From: a virus
IMG/VR virus record: IMGVR_UViG_3300030061_003795
DNA length: 64,000 nucleotides
Direction: 5' to 3' (one strand)
This document shows, piece after piece, positions 19,659 through 29,967 of this stretch. Within the stretch, counting starts at the first letter, position 1, and each line of letters opens with the position of its first letter. The translations under genes were made by a program, and so were the position numbers. The notes beneath the pieces are model-generated. The model did no database searches. It was not told the DNA's origin and was given only the letters and a program-made list of their open reading frames with translations.

Positions 19659-20552
19659 ATGAAACAAAAACAAGCAGTACTTAGTCTCTCAGGAGGGATG
19701 GACTCCTCAACCGTATTACTTCATTTACTAGCTCATGACTATAAGGTAACGTGTTTATCTTTTGACTATGGACAAAAACATAGTGTAGAACTTGAAAGGG
19801 CACAAGAATTAGTAAATTATTTAAATTCTAAAGCAGACGAAACTTTAGCTAAAAATGATTTAGGGGAAACCATAATGCACCATTTTGAAAAAATAACTTA
19901 CCAAACTATAAAATTAGATGGTTTATCTACCTTACTAAATTCAGCCTTAGTAAAAGGTGGGGATGAAGTGCCGGAAGGTCATTATGAAAATGGCAATATG
20001 AAAGCAACAGTAGTTCCTAACAGAAATAAAATATTTTCATCAATTATCCAAGCAGTAGCATTATCGATTGCAACTGAAACTGGAGATGAAGTTAAAATAG
20101 CAATGGGAATCCATGCAGGTGATCATGAAATTTATCCTGATTGTAGACAAGAATTTAGAGATGCCGACTACAAAGCATTTTTAGAAGGTAATTGGGAAGG
20201 ACATAAAGTGAAGACCTATACACCATATTTAGATGGAGATAAATTTGATATTTTAAAAGATGGAGAACAGTGTTGTAAATTGTTAGAAGTGGATTTTGAT
20301 GAAGTTTATAAAAGAACTAATACATCTTACAAACCAATCAAACATTATTACAGACCTGAAACAAACGCTTTTAAATGGTACTCAGATTACAAATCAGCTT
20401 CGTCAGTTGAAAGGGTAGAAGCATTCCTTAAGTTAGGAAGACCTGATCCTGTAGAATACGCAGATGAAAAAGGACCAGTAAAATGGGAAGTAGCAAAACA
20501 ACACGTAGAGCAACAATTATATGATTGGGCTGTAGATAAAGGAAGAGATTAA
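19659..20552 (+). CDS. queC: 7-cyano-7-deazaguanine synthase
   Basis: SGGMDS, FDYGQKH, TVVPNRN, YPDCR; canonical C-terminal Zn cysteines replaced (SASSVER). Confidence 0.92.
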   Translation: MKQKQAVLSLSGGMDSSTVLLHLLAHDYKVTCLSFDYGQKHSVELERAQELVNYLNSKADETLAKNDLGETIMHHFEKITYQTIKLDGLSTLLNSALVKGGDEVPEGHYENGNMKATVVPNRNKIFSSIIQAVALSIATETGDEVKIAMGIHAGDHEIYPDCRQEFRDADYKAFLEGNWEGHKVKTYTPYLDGDKFDILKDGEQCCKLLEVDFDEVYKRTNTSYKPIKHYYRPETNAFKWYSDYKSASSVERVEAFLKLGRPDPVEYADEKGPVKWEVAKQHVEQQLYDWAVDKGRD

Positions 20553-20553
20553 T

Positions 20554-20784
20554 ATGAGCGATAGAGAAATAATGGATTCTAAATTTAAAGGAGAGAATCA
20601 AATACATAAATTTATAAAACAAAACCAAGAACACATGCCAGATCAGAAATGGCATAAAATTGTTAGTTTTATTAAATCTGGAATTAGAATAGTAGGTTAT
20701 TGTTTTATTCCCTTTAATTTGGGAATAGCAACTTCTCTTCTTATATCTAGTGAAATAGTAGGAATCGTAGAAGAATTAGTATAA
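20554..20784 (+). CDS. Small hydrophobic hypothetical protein
   Basis: 76 aa, hydrophobic C-terminal half, between queC and queD. Confidence 0.55.
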   Translation: MSDREIMDSKFKGENQIHKFIKQNQEHMPDQKWHKIVSFIKSGIRIVGYCFIPFNLGIATSLLISSEIVGIVEELV

Positions 20785-21248
20785 TGGGAAAGTTTCAATC
20801 AAGTAAAGTTTTTGACGGATTTAGTACAGTGTTTCGTCAATGGAAAGCTAAAAACACACACTGTAGATTTTTACATGGTTATGGTATTTCATTTAAAGTA
20901 TATTTTGAAGGTGATTTAGATGAACGTAACTGGGTATGGGACTTTGGAGGTATGAAACGAGCTAAAACTCTTATAGATGGTAAACAACCCAAAGCATGGA
21001 TGGATTATATGTTTGATCATACTGTAATAGTAGCTAAAGATGATCCAGGGATGGATGGTTGGGAAACTATGAATGAATTAGGAATAATTCAATTAAGAAT
21101 TATTGAAGCTACAGGTGCTGAAAAGTTCTCCGAGTATATTTATAATAAGCTAAATAAATTTGTTAAAACTGAAACAGACAATAGAGTTAGAGTAACAAAA
21201 GTTAAATTTATGGAGCATGGAAAAAATGCTGCATATTATAGTGAATAA
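20784..21248 (+). CDS. queD: 6-carboxytetrahydropterin synthase
   Basis: HCRFLHGY, WVWDFG, FDH, GAEKF. Confidence 0.88.
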   Translation: MGKFQSSKVFDGFSTVFRQWKAKNTHCRFLHGYGISFKVYFEGDLDERNWVWDFGGMKRAKTLIDGKQPKAWMDYMFDHTVIVAKDDPGMDGWETMNELGIIQLRIIEATGAEKFSEYIYNKLNKFVKTETDNRVRVTKVKFMEHGKNAAYYSE

Positions 21249-21272
21249 AAAACCACTTTAAAAAATTACAAT

Positions 21273-22046
21273 ATGTTAAAAAGAATAAAGGATTACAACA
21301 AAGTACTCCCCGTATTAGAAGTATATAGGTGTGTACAATCAGAAGGGTCAAGATTTGGAAGACCCACAATAGCAGTTAGAACAACCGGGTGTACACACAG
21401 ATGCTACTTTGGAGAAGGTGGTTGGTGTGATTCTTGGTATACAAGCATTCATCCTGAAAGAGGAACATTTACATTTAATGATATTATAAAAATATATGAC
21501 GATAACCCTCAAGTAGAAGAAATGATGCTGACAGGGGGATCACCAACTATGCACCCCGCATTAGTAAACGAATTAACACATTTTGCAAATGAAAGAGATA
21601 TTATCATTACGATTGAAACCGAAGGAAGTCATTTCCTTGATACTGACTATCCTATATCTCTCATTTCTCTTAGTCCTAAGTTTAGCAATTCTATACCCGT
21701 ACTCGGTGCTATTACACCTCAAGGAAAAGTTACAGACGAAAGAATGATTAAACAACATAGTAAATTTAGACTTAACTATGAGAAAATAAGACAAACCCTA
21801 GATTACCATACAGATTATCATTACAAACCAGTTTGGGATGGGACTGATAAAAACTTAAAGGAAATTGAGGAATTTAGGGTTAAAATGAAAATCCCAAAAA
21901 ACAAAACATATATAATGCCTGCTGGAGATACTAGAAAAACCCTAGTTGAAATGTATCCTTTAGTATTTGAAATGTGTGCTGAGGAGGGATATAACATGAC
22001 AGGAAGAGATCACATAATTGCTTTTGATACTGAAAGAGGTGTGTGA
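21273..22046 (+). CDS. queE: 7-carboxy-7-deazaguanine synthase (radical SAM)
   Basis: VQSEG...G.P...VR..GCTHRC...WCDS, TGGSP, IETEG, SLSPK. Confidence 0.9.
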   Translation: MLKRIKDYNKVLPVLEVYRCVQSEGSRFGRPTIAVRTTGCTHRCYFGEGGWCDSWYTSIHPERGTFTFNDIIKIYDDNPQVEEMMLTGGSPTMHPALVNELTHFANERDIIITIETEGSHFLDTDYPISLISLSPKFSNSIPVLGAITPQGKVTDERMIKQHSKFRLNYEKIRQTLDYHTDYHYKPVWDGTDKNLKEIEEFRVKMKIPKNKTYIMPAGDTRKTLVEMYPLVFEMCAEEGYNMTGRDHIIAFDTERGV

Positions 22047-22183
22047 TGGAAGAGGCTTTAGAATTGCTGGAAGAGATATCAGAACATGTTGGTACATGCT
22101 GTGCTATTACAATGGAACCTGATGAGGTTCAAGCGATGATTGATGAACTTAAAGAAAAAATAATACAAATGTCAAACAAATAA
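22046..22183 (+). CDS. 45-aa hypothetical protein (absent from ORF track)
   Basis: MEEALELLEEISEHVGTCCAITMEPDEVQAMIDELKEKIIQMSNK; TGATG overlap with queE. Confidence 0.5.
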   Translation: MEEALELLEEISEHVGTCCAITMEPDEVQAMIDELKEKIIQMSNK

Positions 22184-22195
22184 ATAATTACGCAA

Positions 22196-23224
22196 ATGGA
22201 AGAAACTAAAAAGTTTACTAAAAAATATGAGTGGGTTGGAGACGTAGATTCCTACACAGAACCAACCCCTAACGAACATTCGGAGAAATACAATGAACCT
22301 GATCGAGATTATGATAATGAATATAAACCAACTAAAGATGACATTAAAACATTCCCAGATTTGCAAAATGGTCCATCTTCTCTAATTCAAGGTTCCCCAG
22401 TAGAAATTCAACAAGTGGGTATTCATAATTTTAGATTACCCCTAAAATATAAGACTAGAGATAATGGTGTTATAGAATTAGAAACTAAAGTAACGGGTAC
22501 TGTATCACTTGAAGCACATAAAAAAGGAATAAATATGTCTCGTATTATGAGATCATTTTATGAATTTAAAAATGATACTTTTAGTATTGATAAATTAGAA
22601 ACAGTTTTATCTGCTTATCAAGACAAATTAAAATCATTTGATTCTAAAATAGCACTTAAGTTTTCATATCCAATTATCCAACCATCACTAAGATCAGGCT
22701 TAGAAGGATATCAATATTACGATGTTACGTTAGAAGGTGATTTAAATAAACAAGGCGAATTAAAGAAAATTCTCCATTTTGATTTTGTATATTCATCAGC
22801 ATGTCCTTGTTCTTATGAATTAGCTGAATTTGCTAGAAAATATAGAAACAAAGCTACTGTATCACATTCACAAAGATCAGTTACTAGAATATCTATTGAA
22901 TTTGATGATATGGTTTGGATAGAAGATTTAAAGGAAATGTGTGATAAAGCTTTACACACTGAAACACAAGTAATTGTTAAACGTGAAGATGAAATGGCAT
23001 TTGCAGAATTAAACGGATCATATTTAAAATTTGTTGAGGATGCAGCTAGATTATTATACGAGCAATTAGTTGAAGATAAAAGAATTAAGGATTTTAGAGT
23101 AATATGTTCTCATCAAGAATCATTACATTCTCATGATGCAGTTTCAGTTATATTAGCTCCTAACAGTAATTTTAGTGGAGATATTCCACATGAATTATGG
23201 TCAAGTTTAATTCACATTTCATAG
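22196..23224 (+). CDS. folE2: GTP cyclohydrolase IB
   Basis: IQQVGI, KGINMSR, SACPCS, HSQRS, VKREDE, FVEDAAR, ESLHSHDA. Confidence 0.93.
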   Translation: MEETKKFTKKYEWVGDVDSYTEPTPNEHSEKYNEPDRDYDNEYKPTKDDIKTFPDLQNGPSSLIQGSPVEIQQVGIHNFRLPLKYKTRDNGVIELETKVTGTVSLEAHKKGINMSRIMRSFYEFKNDTFSIDKLETVLSAYQDKLKSFDSKIALKFSYPIIQPSLRSGLEGYQYYDVTLEGDLNKQGELKKILHFDFVYSSACPCSYELAEFARKYRNKATVSHSQRSVTRISIEFDDMVWIEDLKEMCDKALHTETQVIVKREDEMAFAELNGSYLKFVEDAARLLYEQLVEDKRIKDFRVICSHQESLHSHDAVSVILAPNSNFSGDIPHELWSSLIHIS

Positions 23225-23282
23225 ATATTTATGAAGTTGAATAGTATTTGTATGTATAAACATAACCCCCAAAAATATAATT

Positions 23283-23438
23283 ATGGACACAATGAAAACA
23301 ATTATTAATTCGTCATGGTTTAAAGCTGCCTTAGCAGGTGGTGTAGCCGTAGCACTATTCATTACTGGTAATACTATGTACACTGGTATAGCATTAGGAA
23401 TAGGAATAAGAGAATTATTATTGGCTTTTAAGAGTTAA
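23283..23438 (+). CDS. 51-aa membrane peptide (absent from ORF track)
   Basis: MDTMKTIINSSWFKAALAGGVAVALFITGNTMYTGIALGIGIRELLLAFKS. Confidence 0.55.
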   Translation: MDTMKTIINSSWFKAALAGGVAVALFITGNTMYTGIALGIGIRELLLAFKS

Positions 23439-23465
23439 TTAAGGGTTACTACCCCAGAAAAAAAT

Positions 23466-23502
23466 TAAGAGAACATAGTAAAAACTTTGTTCTCTTATTT
23501 TT
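23466..23502 (+). terminator. Intrinsic terminator overlapping next promoter
   Basis: TAAGAGAACA / TGTTCTCTTA 10-bp inverted repeat followed by T run. Confidence 0.65.
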
Positions 23503-23515
23503 ATTTCGTACATTA
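23486..23515 (+). promoter_or_regulatory. Promoter TTTGT-N18-TACATTA
   Basis: Variant of recurrent motif; upstream of DUF4494-dut-polB operon. Confidence 0.55.
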
Positions 23516-23543
23516 AAATGTTAAATTAAAATAAATAAAAGTT

Positions 23544-23747
23544 ATGGCTTATTGGCAAGTAAAAGTAAAAGTACAAACAGAAGGTGACAACGGAAAAGTT
23601 AGAAATCACCAAGAATTGTTTTTAGCAAACGCTGAATCAGCGACAGAAGCAGAAACATTAGCACACAAAGAATTTGAAGGAGAATCTTTCTACGATTTTG
23701 AAGTAGTAGATTGTAAAAAAACTAAGGTAATTAAGATATTATCATGA
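23544..23747 (+). CDS. DUF4494-like protein (Bacteroidota family)
   Basis: W.VKVK....NGKV....E.FL..AES.TEAE pattern. Confidence 0.7.
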   Translation: MAYWQVKVKVQTEGDNGKVRNHQELFLANAESATEAETLAHKEFEGESFYDFEVVDCKKTKVIKILS

Positions 23748-24196
23748 TAGCGATTTATGCACACAAGGCAGACCCTCGGGCTGTTGTGCCCGAAGTAGCT
23801 TATGGGGGTACTAGTGCTTGTTTTGATATTACGTGTATTGAAACAACCACTATTCCTGCTAAAGGAAGCGCTGTAGTTCCAAATGGTTTAAATCTTACAA
23901 TCCCTCAAGGAGAAAATTATTGGATGCAGATCCAATTAAGATCCTCTAAAGGTTTTAAATACAGTTTAATCCCTCATTATGGTTGCGTAGATGCAGGTTA
24001 TACAGGAGATTTAGGTGTAAAAATTTACAACGTTGGAGATGAAGATGTTGTAATTGAAGGAGGAGAAAGATACGCTCAAATAGCAGTAATTCCAAAGCCC
24101 GATTACACTTTAGTAGAGTTAAACAGCGAGGAATATCAAAAATTAAAAGAAGACCAATCTCGAGGAGATGGTGGATTTGGAAGTTCAGGAAAGTAA
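23744..24196 (+). CDS. dut: Trimeric dUTPase
   Basis: RSS, G.VDAGYTG, ERYAQ, RGDGGFGSSG. Confidence 0.93.
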   Translation: MIAIYAHKADPRAVVPEVAYGGTSACFDITCIETTTIPAKGSAVVPNGLNLTIPQGENYWMQIQLRSSKGFKYSLIPHYGCVDAGYTGDLGVKIYNVGDEDVVIEGGERYAQIAVIPKPDYTLVELNSEEYQKLKEDQSRGDGGFGSSGK

Positions 24197-24199
24197 TTT

Positions 24200-26866
24200 A
24201 TGTATAAAAATGTTTTTGTAGAAAGAGGTGAAGAATGGAATGTCTGGGATGTACATTTATGGGACGATGATGGTTATAAAGTAGAGCAATTTCAAAACTT
24301 TGCTTTTGTAGAGTGTAGTGAAAATCAAGCTACACATAGAGGAATCAACAACGAACCTGTAAAGAAAATTCACAGATGGGGAAGGGATACTCCCAACATC
24401 CATTATGGAGATCATACTAGAGGAAACATACATATTAAATACTTAGTTGACAAGTATGGAAATGACGATACTCCGTCAACTACCCACAATGAAATGTTTT
24501 TTGATATTGAAATTGAGATGGGGGGCGCCTTAACTCCAGAATATATTAAGAGCGCCCCTAAACCTATAACCTCAATTGCTTGGTGGGATAAGAGATGTGA
24601 TGAATGGAAAATTATCATTGTAGATAAAAAGAACCAACTCGAAAATTACACAGACGAACAAGGTAGAGAAGTTATCCCAACTAACAGCGAACAAGACTTA
24701 ATTTCAGTTTTCTTAGATCACTATGAAAGAATAGCCCCTGACATTTTAGTAGGATATAATAGTGATTATTTTGACATCCCTTATCTATTTTACAGAATAA
24801 GGAGAGTAATGGGAGAAAGATATTCTAACAGATTATCACCTATTAGAACAGTAAGAGAACAAACATGGAGTGAAGACCAACCAATTAAAATAGCAGGTGT
24901 TTCTTCATTAGATTACTTTAGATTACATAAAAAATACCACCACAGAGATGAACCTTCCATGAAGTTGGATTATTTGGGAGAAAAGTATGTAGACCAAAAG
25001 AAAATAGAGTATGAAGGAACTTTAGATACCCTTTTTAGAGACGATATAAATAAATTTATAGAATATAACTTTGTAGATGTTTTGATTTTAAAGAAATTAG
25101 ATGAAAAACTACAATACATTGATTTAACTAAAAATATAGCTCATAAGGGAAAAGTTCAATACGATGAAGTATATGTTAGTACAAGGGTACACGATGGTGC
25201 TATATCTGCCCACCTTTTAGAGCAAGGAATAGCCCCACCTAACAAAGATCCTGAAAACGAAGACTCAGGATATTCTGGAGGATATCTATTCTGTCCTCAA
25301 ACGGGAGTATTTGAATTTATGTTTGATGAAGATTTAACTTCCCTATATCCTTGTATTGCAATGTCCTTAAATATTGGACGAGATTCTTTAATTTTTAGAA
25401 TATTAACTTCTGATAGTAGAGACAATAGGTTAGGTTTAAATGATTTAAAGGAAATGGATCCTGACAAATCAATTGAAATTGAAACTTACGAAAGGAAAAG
25501 AGGTACTACAACTATTGGAAAAATATTAAAAGCAATAGAAGCCAACAACTATGCTATTTCAGCAAATGGAGTTGTTTTTAGAACAGACACCCCCTCAACA
25601 TTAACTGAAGTATTAGATAGGTGGTTTGGGGAAAGAGTTTATTGTAAAGGGGAAATGAAGAAGGCTTATAAAATAGACAACGATCCTATAAAGGGAGCGG
25701 AATGGCACTTAAAACAATATACTCTAAAAATTCTTATTAACTCTTTATGTATGGCTACTGCTAGACCTGAATTTAGATATGGGAATGTTAGGGTAGCAGA
25801 AGCTATTACTTTGACTGGTCAGAGAATTATTCAAGATAGTGGAACCTTTATAAATAAAAAGGCTGCTGAACTTCTAAAACCAGAAAAACCAATATACGAA
25901 ATAAGAACATATCCTACTCAAAAACTACAAGATTGTTTTAATATTGTAATGTATGAGGACACAGATTCATGTTATGTTCATGCTAAACCAATTTTAGATA
26001 AACTTTACCCAAATTTTGATACTCTCGACGAAAAGGACAAAACAAACAAACTGGAAAAAGTAGCCCTTGAATATCAAGAAGCCATTACAGAGTATTACGA
26101 TGAATTTGCTAAAGATGTTTTAAATTTAAATAGTCACAGACTTGAAATGAAGACGGAGTGTGTTATTCGATCTGCTTTCTTCTCAGGTAAACGTCGATAT
26201 GCTCAACACATTACTAAAAAGGAAGGAATAGAAGTTGACGAAGTTGACATTAAAGGGTTGGATTTTATGAAATCTAATTTCCCACCAGTATTTGGTAAGT
26301 TTTTCAACGAAATACTACTTGAAACCCTACACGGAGCTAAAAAAGAACAAATTAACAAGAAAGTATTAGCTTTTAGAGAAGGCATGGACACAATGCCACT
26401 AAGTGATTTAGCTAAACCAACATCCGTTAAAAAGGTTAAAAGACACATAATCAAAAAAGAACCAGGACAAATATTTTCAGGAATTCAAAAGGCAGTCTTT
26501 ACTAAAAAAGTTAAAGGAGGACCTGATAAAGAAACACAAGCAGGAGCTCCAGCACCAGTTAAGGGAGCTATTTTTTACAATGATTTACTTGATTTTAAGA
26601 AACTTGGAGGTAAACACACTCAAATAGTAGAAGGTGATAAAGTTAAATGGGTTTATTTAAAACAAAACCCTTACAAAATAGAAACTTTATCATTTTTAGA
26701 CTATGATTTACCCGAAGAAATTGAAGAATTTCTATTAAAATATGTGGATAGGCCAAGAGCTTTTGATACGATATTAAAGAACAAGTTAGAGTCGTTTTAT
26801 GAAGACCTAAATTGGGGGGGCTTGAACTTAAATCCAACTGTAGAACAATTTTTTAAATTTATATGA
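24200..26866 (+). CDS. Family B replicative DNA polymerase
   Basis: Exo I DIE, Exo II YNSDYFD, Exo III YNFVD; pol motifs DLTSLYP, KILINSL(CM), YEDTDS, KRRY. Confidence 0.93.
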   Translation: MYKNVFVERGEEWNVWDVHLWDDDGYKVEQFQNFAFVECSENQATHRGINNEPVKKIHRWGRDTPNIHYGDHTRGNIHIKYLVDKYGNDDTPSTTHNEMFFDIEIEMGGALTPEYIKSAPKPITSIAWWDKRCDEWKIIIVDKKNQLENYTDEQGREVIPTNSEQDLISVFLDHYERIAPDILVGYNSDYFDIPYLFYRIRRVMGERYSNRLSPIRTVREQTWSEDQPIKIAGVSSLDYFRLHKKYHHRDEPSMKLDYLGEKYVDQKKIEYEGTLDTLFRDDINKFIEYNFVDVLILKKLDEKLQYIDLTKNIAHKGKVQYDEVYVSTRVHDGAISAHLLEQGIAPPNKDPENEDSGYSGGYLFCPQTGVFEFMFDEDLTSLYPCIAMSLNIGRDSLIFRILTSDSRDNRLGLNDLKEMDPDKSIEIETYERKRGTTTIGKILKAIEANNYAISANGVVFRTDTPSTLTEVLDRWFGERVYCKGEMKKAYKIDNDPIKGAEWHLKQYTLKILINSLCMATARPEFRYGNVRVAEAITLTGQRIIQDSGTFINKKAAELLKPEKPIYEIRTYPTQKLQDCFNIVMYEDTDSCYVHAKPILDKLYPNFDTLDEKDKTNKLEKVALEYQEAITEYYDEFAKDVLNLNSHRLEMKTECVIRSAFFSGKRRYAQHITKKEGIEVDEVDIKGLDFMKSNFPPVFGKFFNEILLETLHGAKKEQINKKVLAFREGMDTMPLSDLAKPTSVKKVKRHIIKKEPGQIFSGIQKAVFTKKVKGGPDKETQAGAPAPVKGAIFYNDLLDFKKLGGKHTQIVEGDKVKWVYLKQNPYKIETLSFLDYDLPEEIEEFLLKYVDRPRAFDTILKNKLESFYEDLNWGGLNLNPTVEQFFKFI

Positions 26867-27618
26867 TATCAAGAAGTTTATTATCTAACACCATTTCAAA
26901 GTACCACTTAAATGGTTTAGTTGAAAAAGTTATATGGAAAGTAAAGGATAACCTCCTACACATTGCTTTTAGAAACGAAGCAGGAAATATAACAGGAGAA
27001 GTCAAAGTTCCATGTAAAATGATAAATGGGGATTTTAATATCTATGATACTTCTCGACTTAACAAGCTTTTAAACATATTAGAAAGCACAATATTAGTGG
27101 ATGTTGTAAATAATGCAAGTAATGTTCCTACGGTTTTTAAAATAGCAGATTCCAAAATGGATGTACATTATAACTTAGCATCCCCTGGATTGTTAGTTGG
27201 ATTTTGGTTTGACAGCTCAGCAGTAGAAAACCAAATACCCCAATATGATGTTACAGCTGATTTAAACGAAGAAGATTTAAGATTATTTCTAAAGTCTGTA
27301 GGGGCTTTAGGAAATGAGGTTTTAGATTTTCAAATATCAACTAGAGAAGAGCTCAATGGAGAAGAAATTGTATTTTCTTTAGGAACTGATTTCACAAATA
27401 GAGTTAATTTTGGAGTTTCTTGTAATGTTGTAAACCCAGTAACAGACACTTTAACATTTGAAATTGAATCATTTAAAGAAGTATTTCAAGCGAATAAATC
27501 ATTAAAATCAGGAAAATTAAGCTTCTCAAATAAAGGAATTATAAAATTAGAATTCACAGAAGAAGTAGGAGAAGATGAAGAAATAAAAATAGTATATTAT
27601 ATAGCGAAAAAACAATAA
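26863..27618 (+). CDS. Sliding clamp (gp45-like)
   Basis: 251 aa, follows polB; F.IYDTS.L.KLL pattern and terminal YYI strand. Confidence 0.7.
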   Translation: MISRSLLSNTISKYHLNGLVEKVIWKVKDNLLHIAFRNEAGNITGEVKVPCKMINGDFNIYDTSRLNKLLNILESTILVDVVNNASNVPTVFKIADSKMDVHYNLASPGLLVGFWFDSSAVENQIPQYDVTADLNEEDLRLFLKSVGALGNEVLDFQISTREELNGEEIVFSLGTDFTNRVNFGVSCNVVNPVTDTLTFEIESFKEVFQANKSLKSGKLSFSNKGIIKLEFTEEVGEDEEIKIVYYIAKKQ

Positions 27619-27620
27619 AT

Positions 27621-28001
27621 ATGGCAGGAAAAGGAAGACCGAAAGGCGTAAGTTACAAAAGATGTTTAATTAAAGATGAAAGATTATATCCATTTGAAAT
27701 TCATGTGGATGACTCAACTCATTGTTATACATTATATGATGCAAAAAAGGAAAGTAATGTGGGATATTATACACAACTACCTTATGCATTGAAGAAAATT
27801 ATTAGAGAGTTAAGAGTTCCTAAAGATGGTTCTACTTATACTTTAAAAGAATACTTAGCAGAAATGAGAATGTTAAATGATGAAATGAAACAATTATTTT
27901 ATCTCGATTATGAGAAATTCACTAAAGCTGAATTTTTAGAAGAGATAGGAGAAGAAAAAGGAACAGATGTTAAATATTACGTAAGAAAAGTATCAAAATA
28001 A
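27621..28001 (+). CDS. Hypothetical protein (N-terminal AT-hook-like KGRPKG)
   Basis: 126-aa ORF. Confidence 0.55.
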   Translation: MAGKGRPKGVSYKRCLIKDERLYPFEIHVDDSTHCYTLYDAKKESNVGYYTQLPYALKKIIRELRVPKDGSTYTLKEYLAEMRMLNDEMKQLFYLDYEKFTKAEFLEEIGEEKGTDVKYYVRKVSK

Positions 28002-28005
28002 AATT

Positions 28006-28323
28006 ATGAAAGAATCACCAATCAACCCTTTAGGAGACCGTGTTGTAATACAGGTTATAGAGGAAACAGAGCAAATGTATGGGAATATTATTATTCCTGA
28101 TATGGGAAGTGAAAAACCTGTAATGGGAGAAGTATTAGCTGTAGGGCCTGGAAGATTTTCCCCTGAAGGAAAGGTAGTAAAGCCCGAAAAACAATTAACA
28201 GTAGGAATTAAAGTTTTGGTTCCTTCATTTGGAGCGCAGAAAGTATCACTAAATAACGAAGAATATATAATTGCAAGTGCAAACGATATTTTAGGAATTA
28301 TAAAATCAGAAGAAAATGAGTAA
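28006..28323 (+). CDS. groES: Co-chaperonin GroES
   Basis: PLGDRVVI, GNIIIPD, GEVLAVGPG, DILG. Confidence 0.93.
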   Translation: MKESPINPLGDRVVIQVIEETEQMYGNIIIPDMGSEKPVMGEVLAVGPGRFSPEGKVVKPEKQLTVGIKVLVPSFGAQKVSLNNEEYIIASANDILGIIKSEENE

Positions 28324-29965
28324 ACAAATAGAATTTGGAAGCGAAGCAAGAGCTAAACTTGTAGCAGGAATAGATAAATTAGCTGACGCAGTAGTAGCTA
28401 CAATGGGACCTAGTGGTCGAAATGTAGTATTTGGAGATCCTATGAAGGGAATTAGAAGTACTAAAGATGGTGTTTCAGTAGCAAAGGAAATTAAGCTAGA
28501 AGATGCTGTTGAAGATTTGGGAGCTCAAATGGTAAAACAAGCAGCCATTAAAACTGCAGACATTGCAGGAGACGGAACAACTACTTCAACTCTAATTGCA
28601 AGAGAATTAATTAAAGAAGGCGTTAAAGGACTTGACAAAGGTAGAAACTCAGTTCAAATTAAAAGAGGAATTGACAAAGCTGTAAGTGAAGTAATTGAAA
28701 ACGTTAAAAACAATATATCTGAAAAAATAACCTCAGAAGATCAATTAAAACAAATTGCATCTATATCAGCAAACAATGATATTGAAATAGGAAACCTAAT
28801 TGCCGCTGCTTTTGACAAAGTAGGTAAAGAAGGTGTAGTATCTATTGAGGAAAGTAAAACACACGAAACAACATTAGAGGTTGTCGAGGGCTTACAGTTT
28901 GATAGAGGTTACAAATCCCCCTACTTTGTAACTGACAATAATTCAATGCAAGCAAATCTCGACAACCCAGATATTCTTTTATACGATGGGAGAATTACCA
29001 ATGTTAAAGACATGGTAAAAATATTAGAAGGTTGTAGTACACAAAACAAATCACTAGTAGTAATTGCAGAAGATATCGACAGTGAAGCGTTGGCAGTTAT
29101 GATTGTAAATAAAATGAGAGGTACTTTAAAATGTTGTGCTATAAAAGCACCCGATTTTGGAGATAGAAGAACCCACATTTTAGAAGACATAGCTGTACTT
29201 ACTGGAGCGACTGTAATTTCACCACAAAAAGGACATAGATTAGATAAAGCTACTCACGAAATGTTAGGTAAAGCTAGAGGTGTAACAGTTACCAAAGACA
29301 AAACAACCATTGTAGATGGAGAAGGTTCAGAAGAATCTATCAACGCAAGATTAGATGAAATAAAAAGTCAAATCGAACGATCAGAAACACCATTTGCAAC
29401 TGAAAAACTCCAAGAAAGATTAGGAAAAATGGCAGGGGGAGTAGCTGTAATTAATGTAGGTGGACACACTGAAACAGAGATGAGAGAGAAAAAAGACAGA
29501 GTAGAAGATGCTATGCATGCTACAAGAGCAGCCATAGATGAAGGAATTGTTCCAGGTGGAGGTATTGCCTTACTATATGGTAGAACATCCATCAACTACA
29601 ATGGAGAAGGTGAAGATTTTAATTTTGGTAAAGAAATTGTTTACAAAGCACTATCAAAACCATTCACACAAATCTTAACCAATTCAGGAGTAGAATCCAG
29701 TGAAGCTAATTTTTTAGGATATAATTTAAAAAATAACACTAAAGGAGATGTTTGGGTAGGATATAATGTTGAAACCCAAGAAGAAATCAACATGAAAGAA
29801 AAAGGAGTTATAGATCCGTTTAAAGTAACTAGAATTGCTTTAGAAAACGCAGCAAGTGTAGCAGGAACAATTTTATTAACTGAAGCAGCTATAATTGACA
29901 CTCCAAAAGAAAAAGACAGCAATGAAGAAATGGCTGCACAAATGTCACAAATGGGAATGATGTAA
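28316..29965 (+). CDS. groEL: Chaperonin GroEL
   Basis: [48 protein letters not shown]. Confidence 0.96.
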   Translation: MSKQIEFGSEARAKLVAGIDKLADAVVATMGPSGRNVVFGDPMKGIRSTKDGVSVAKEIKLEDAVEDLGAQMVKQAAIKTADIAGDGTTTSTLIARELIKEGVKGLDKGRNSVQIKRGIDKAVSEVIENVKNNISEKITSEDQLKQIASISANNDIEIGNLIAAAFDKVGKEGVVSIEESKTHETTLEVVEGLQFDRGYKSPYFVTDNNSMQANLDNPDILLYDGRITNVKDMVKILEGCSTQNKSLVVIAEDIDSEALAVMIVNKMRGTLKCCAIKAPDFGDRRTHILEDIAVLTGATVISPQKGHRLDKATHEMLGKARGVTVTKDKTTIVDGEGSEESINARLDEIKSQIERSETPFATEKLQERLGKMAGGVAVINVGGHTETEMREKKDRVEDAMHATRAAIDEGIVPGGGIALLYGRTSINYNGEGEDFNFGKEIVYKALSKPFTQILTNSGVESSEANFLGYNLKNNTKGDVWVGYNVETQEEINMKEKGVIDPFKVTRIALENAASVAGTILLTEAAIIDTPKEKDSNEEMAAQMSQMGMM

Positions 29966-29967
29966 GA

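Noticed and set aside
23441-23468. GGG-TTACTA-CCC...A7-TTAA near folE2 resembling a preQ1-I riboswitch
   Set aside because: Only a 3-bp stem and 6-nt loop, and it lies downstream of the que genes; an Infernal search with the preQ1 model would be needed to rescue it.
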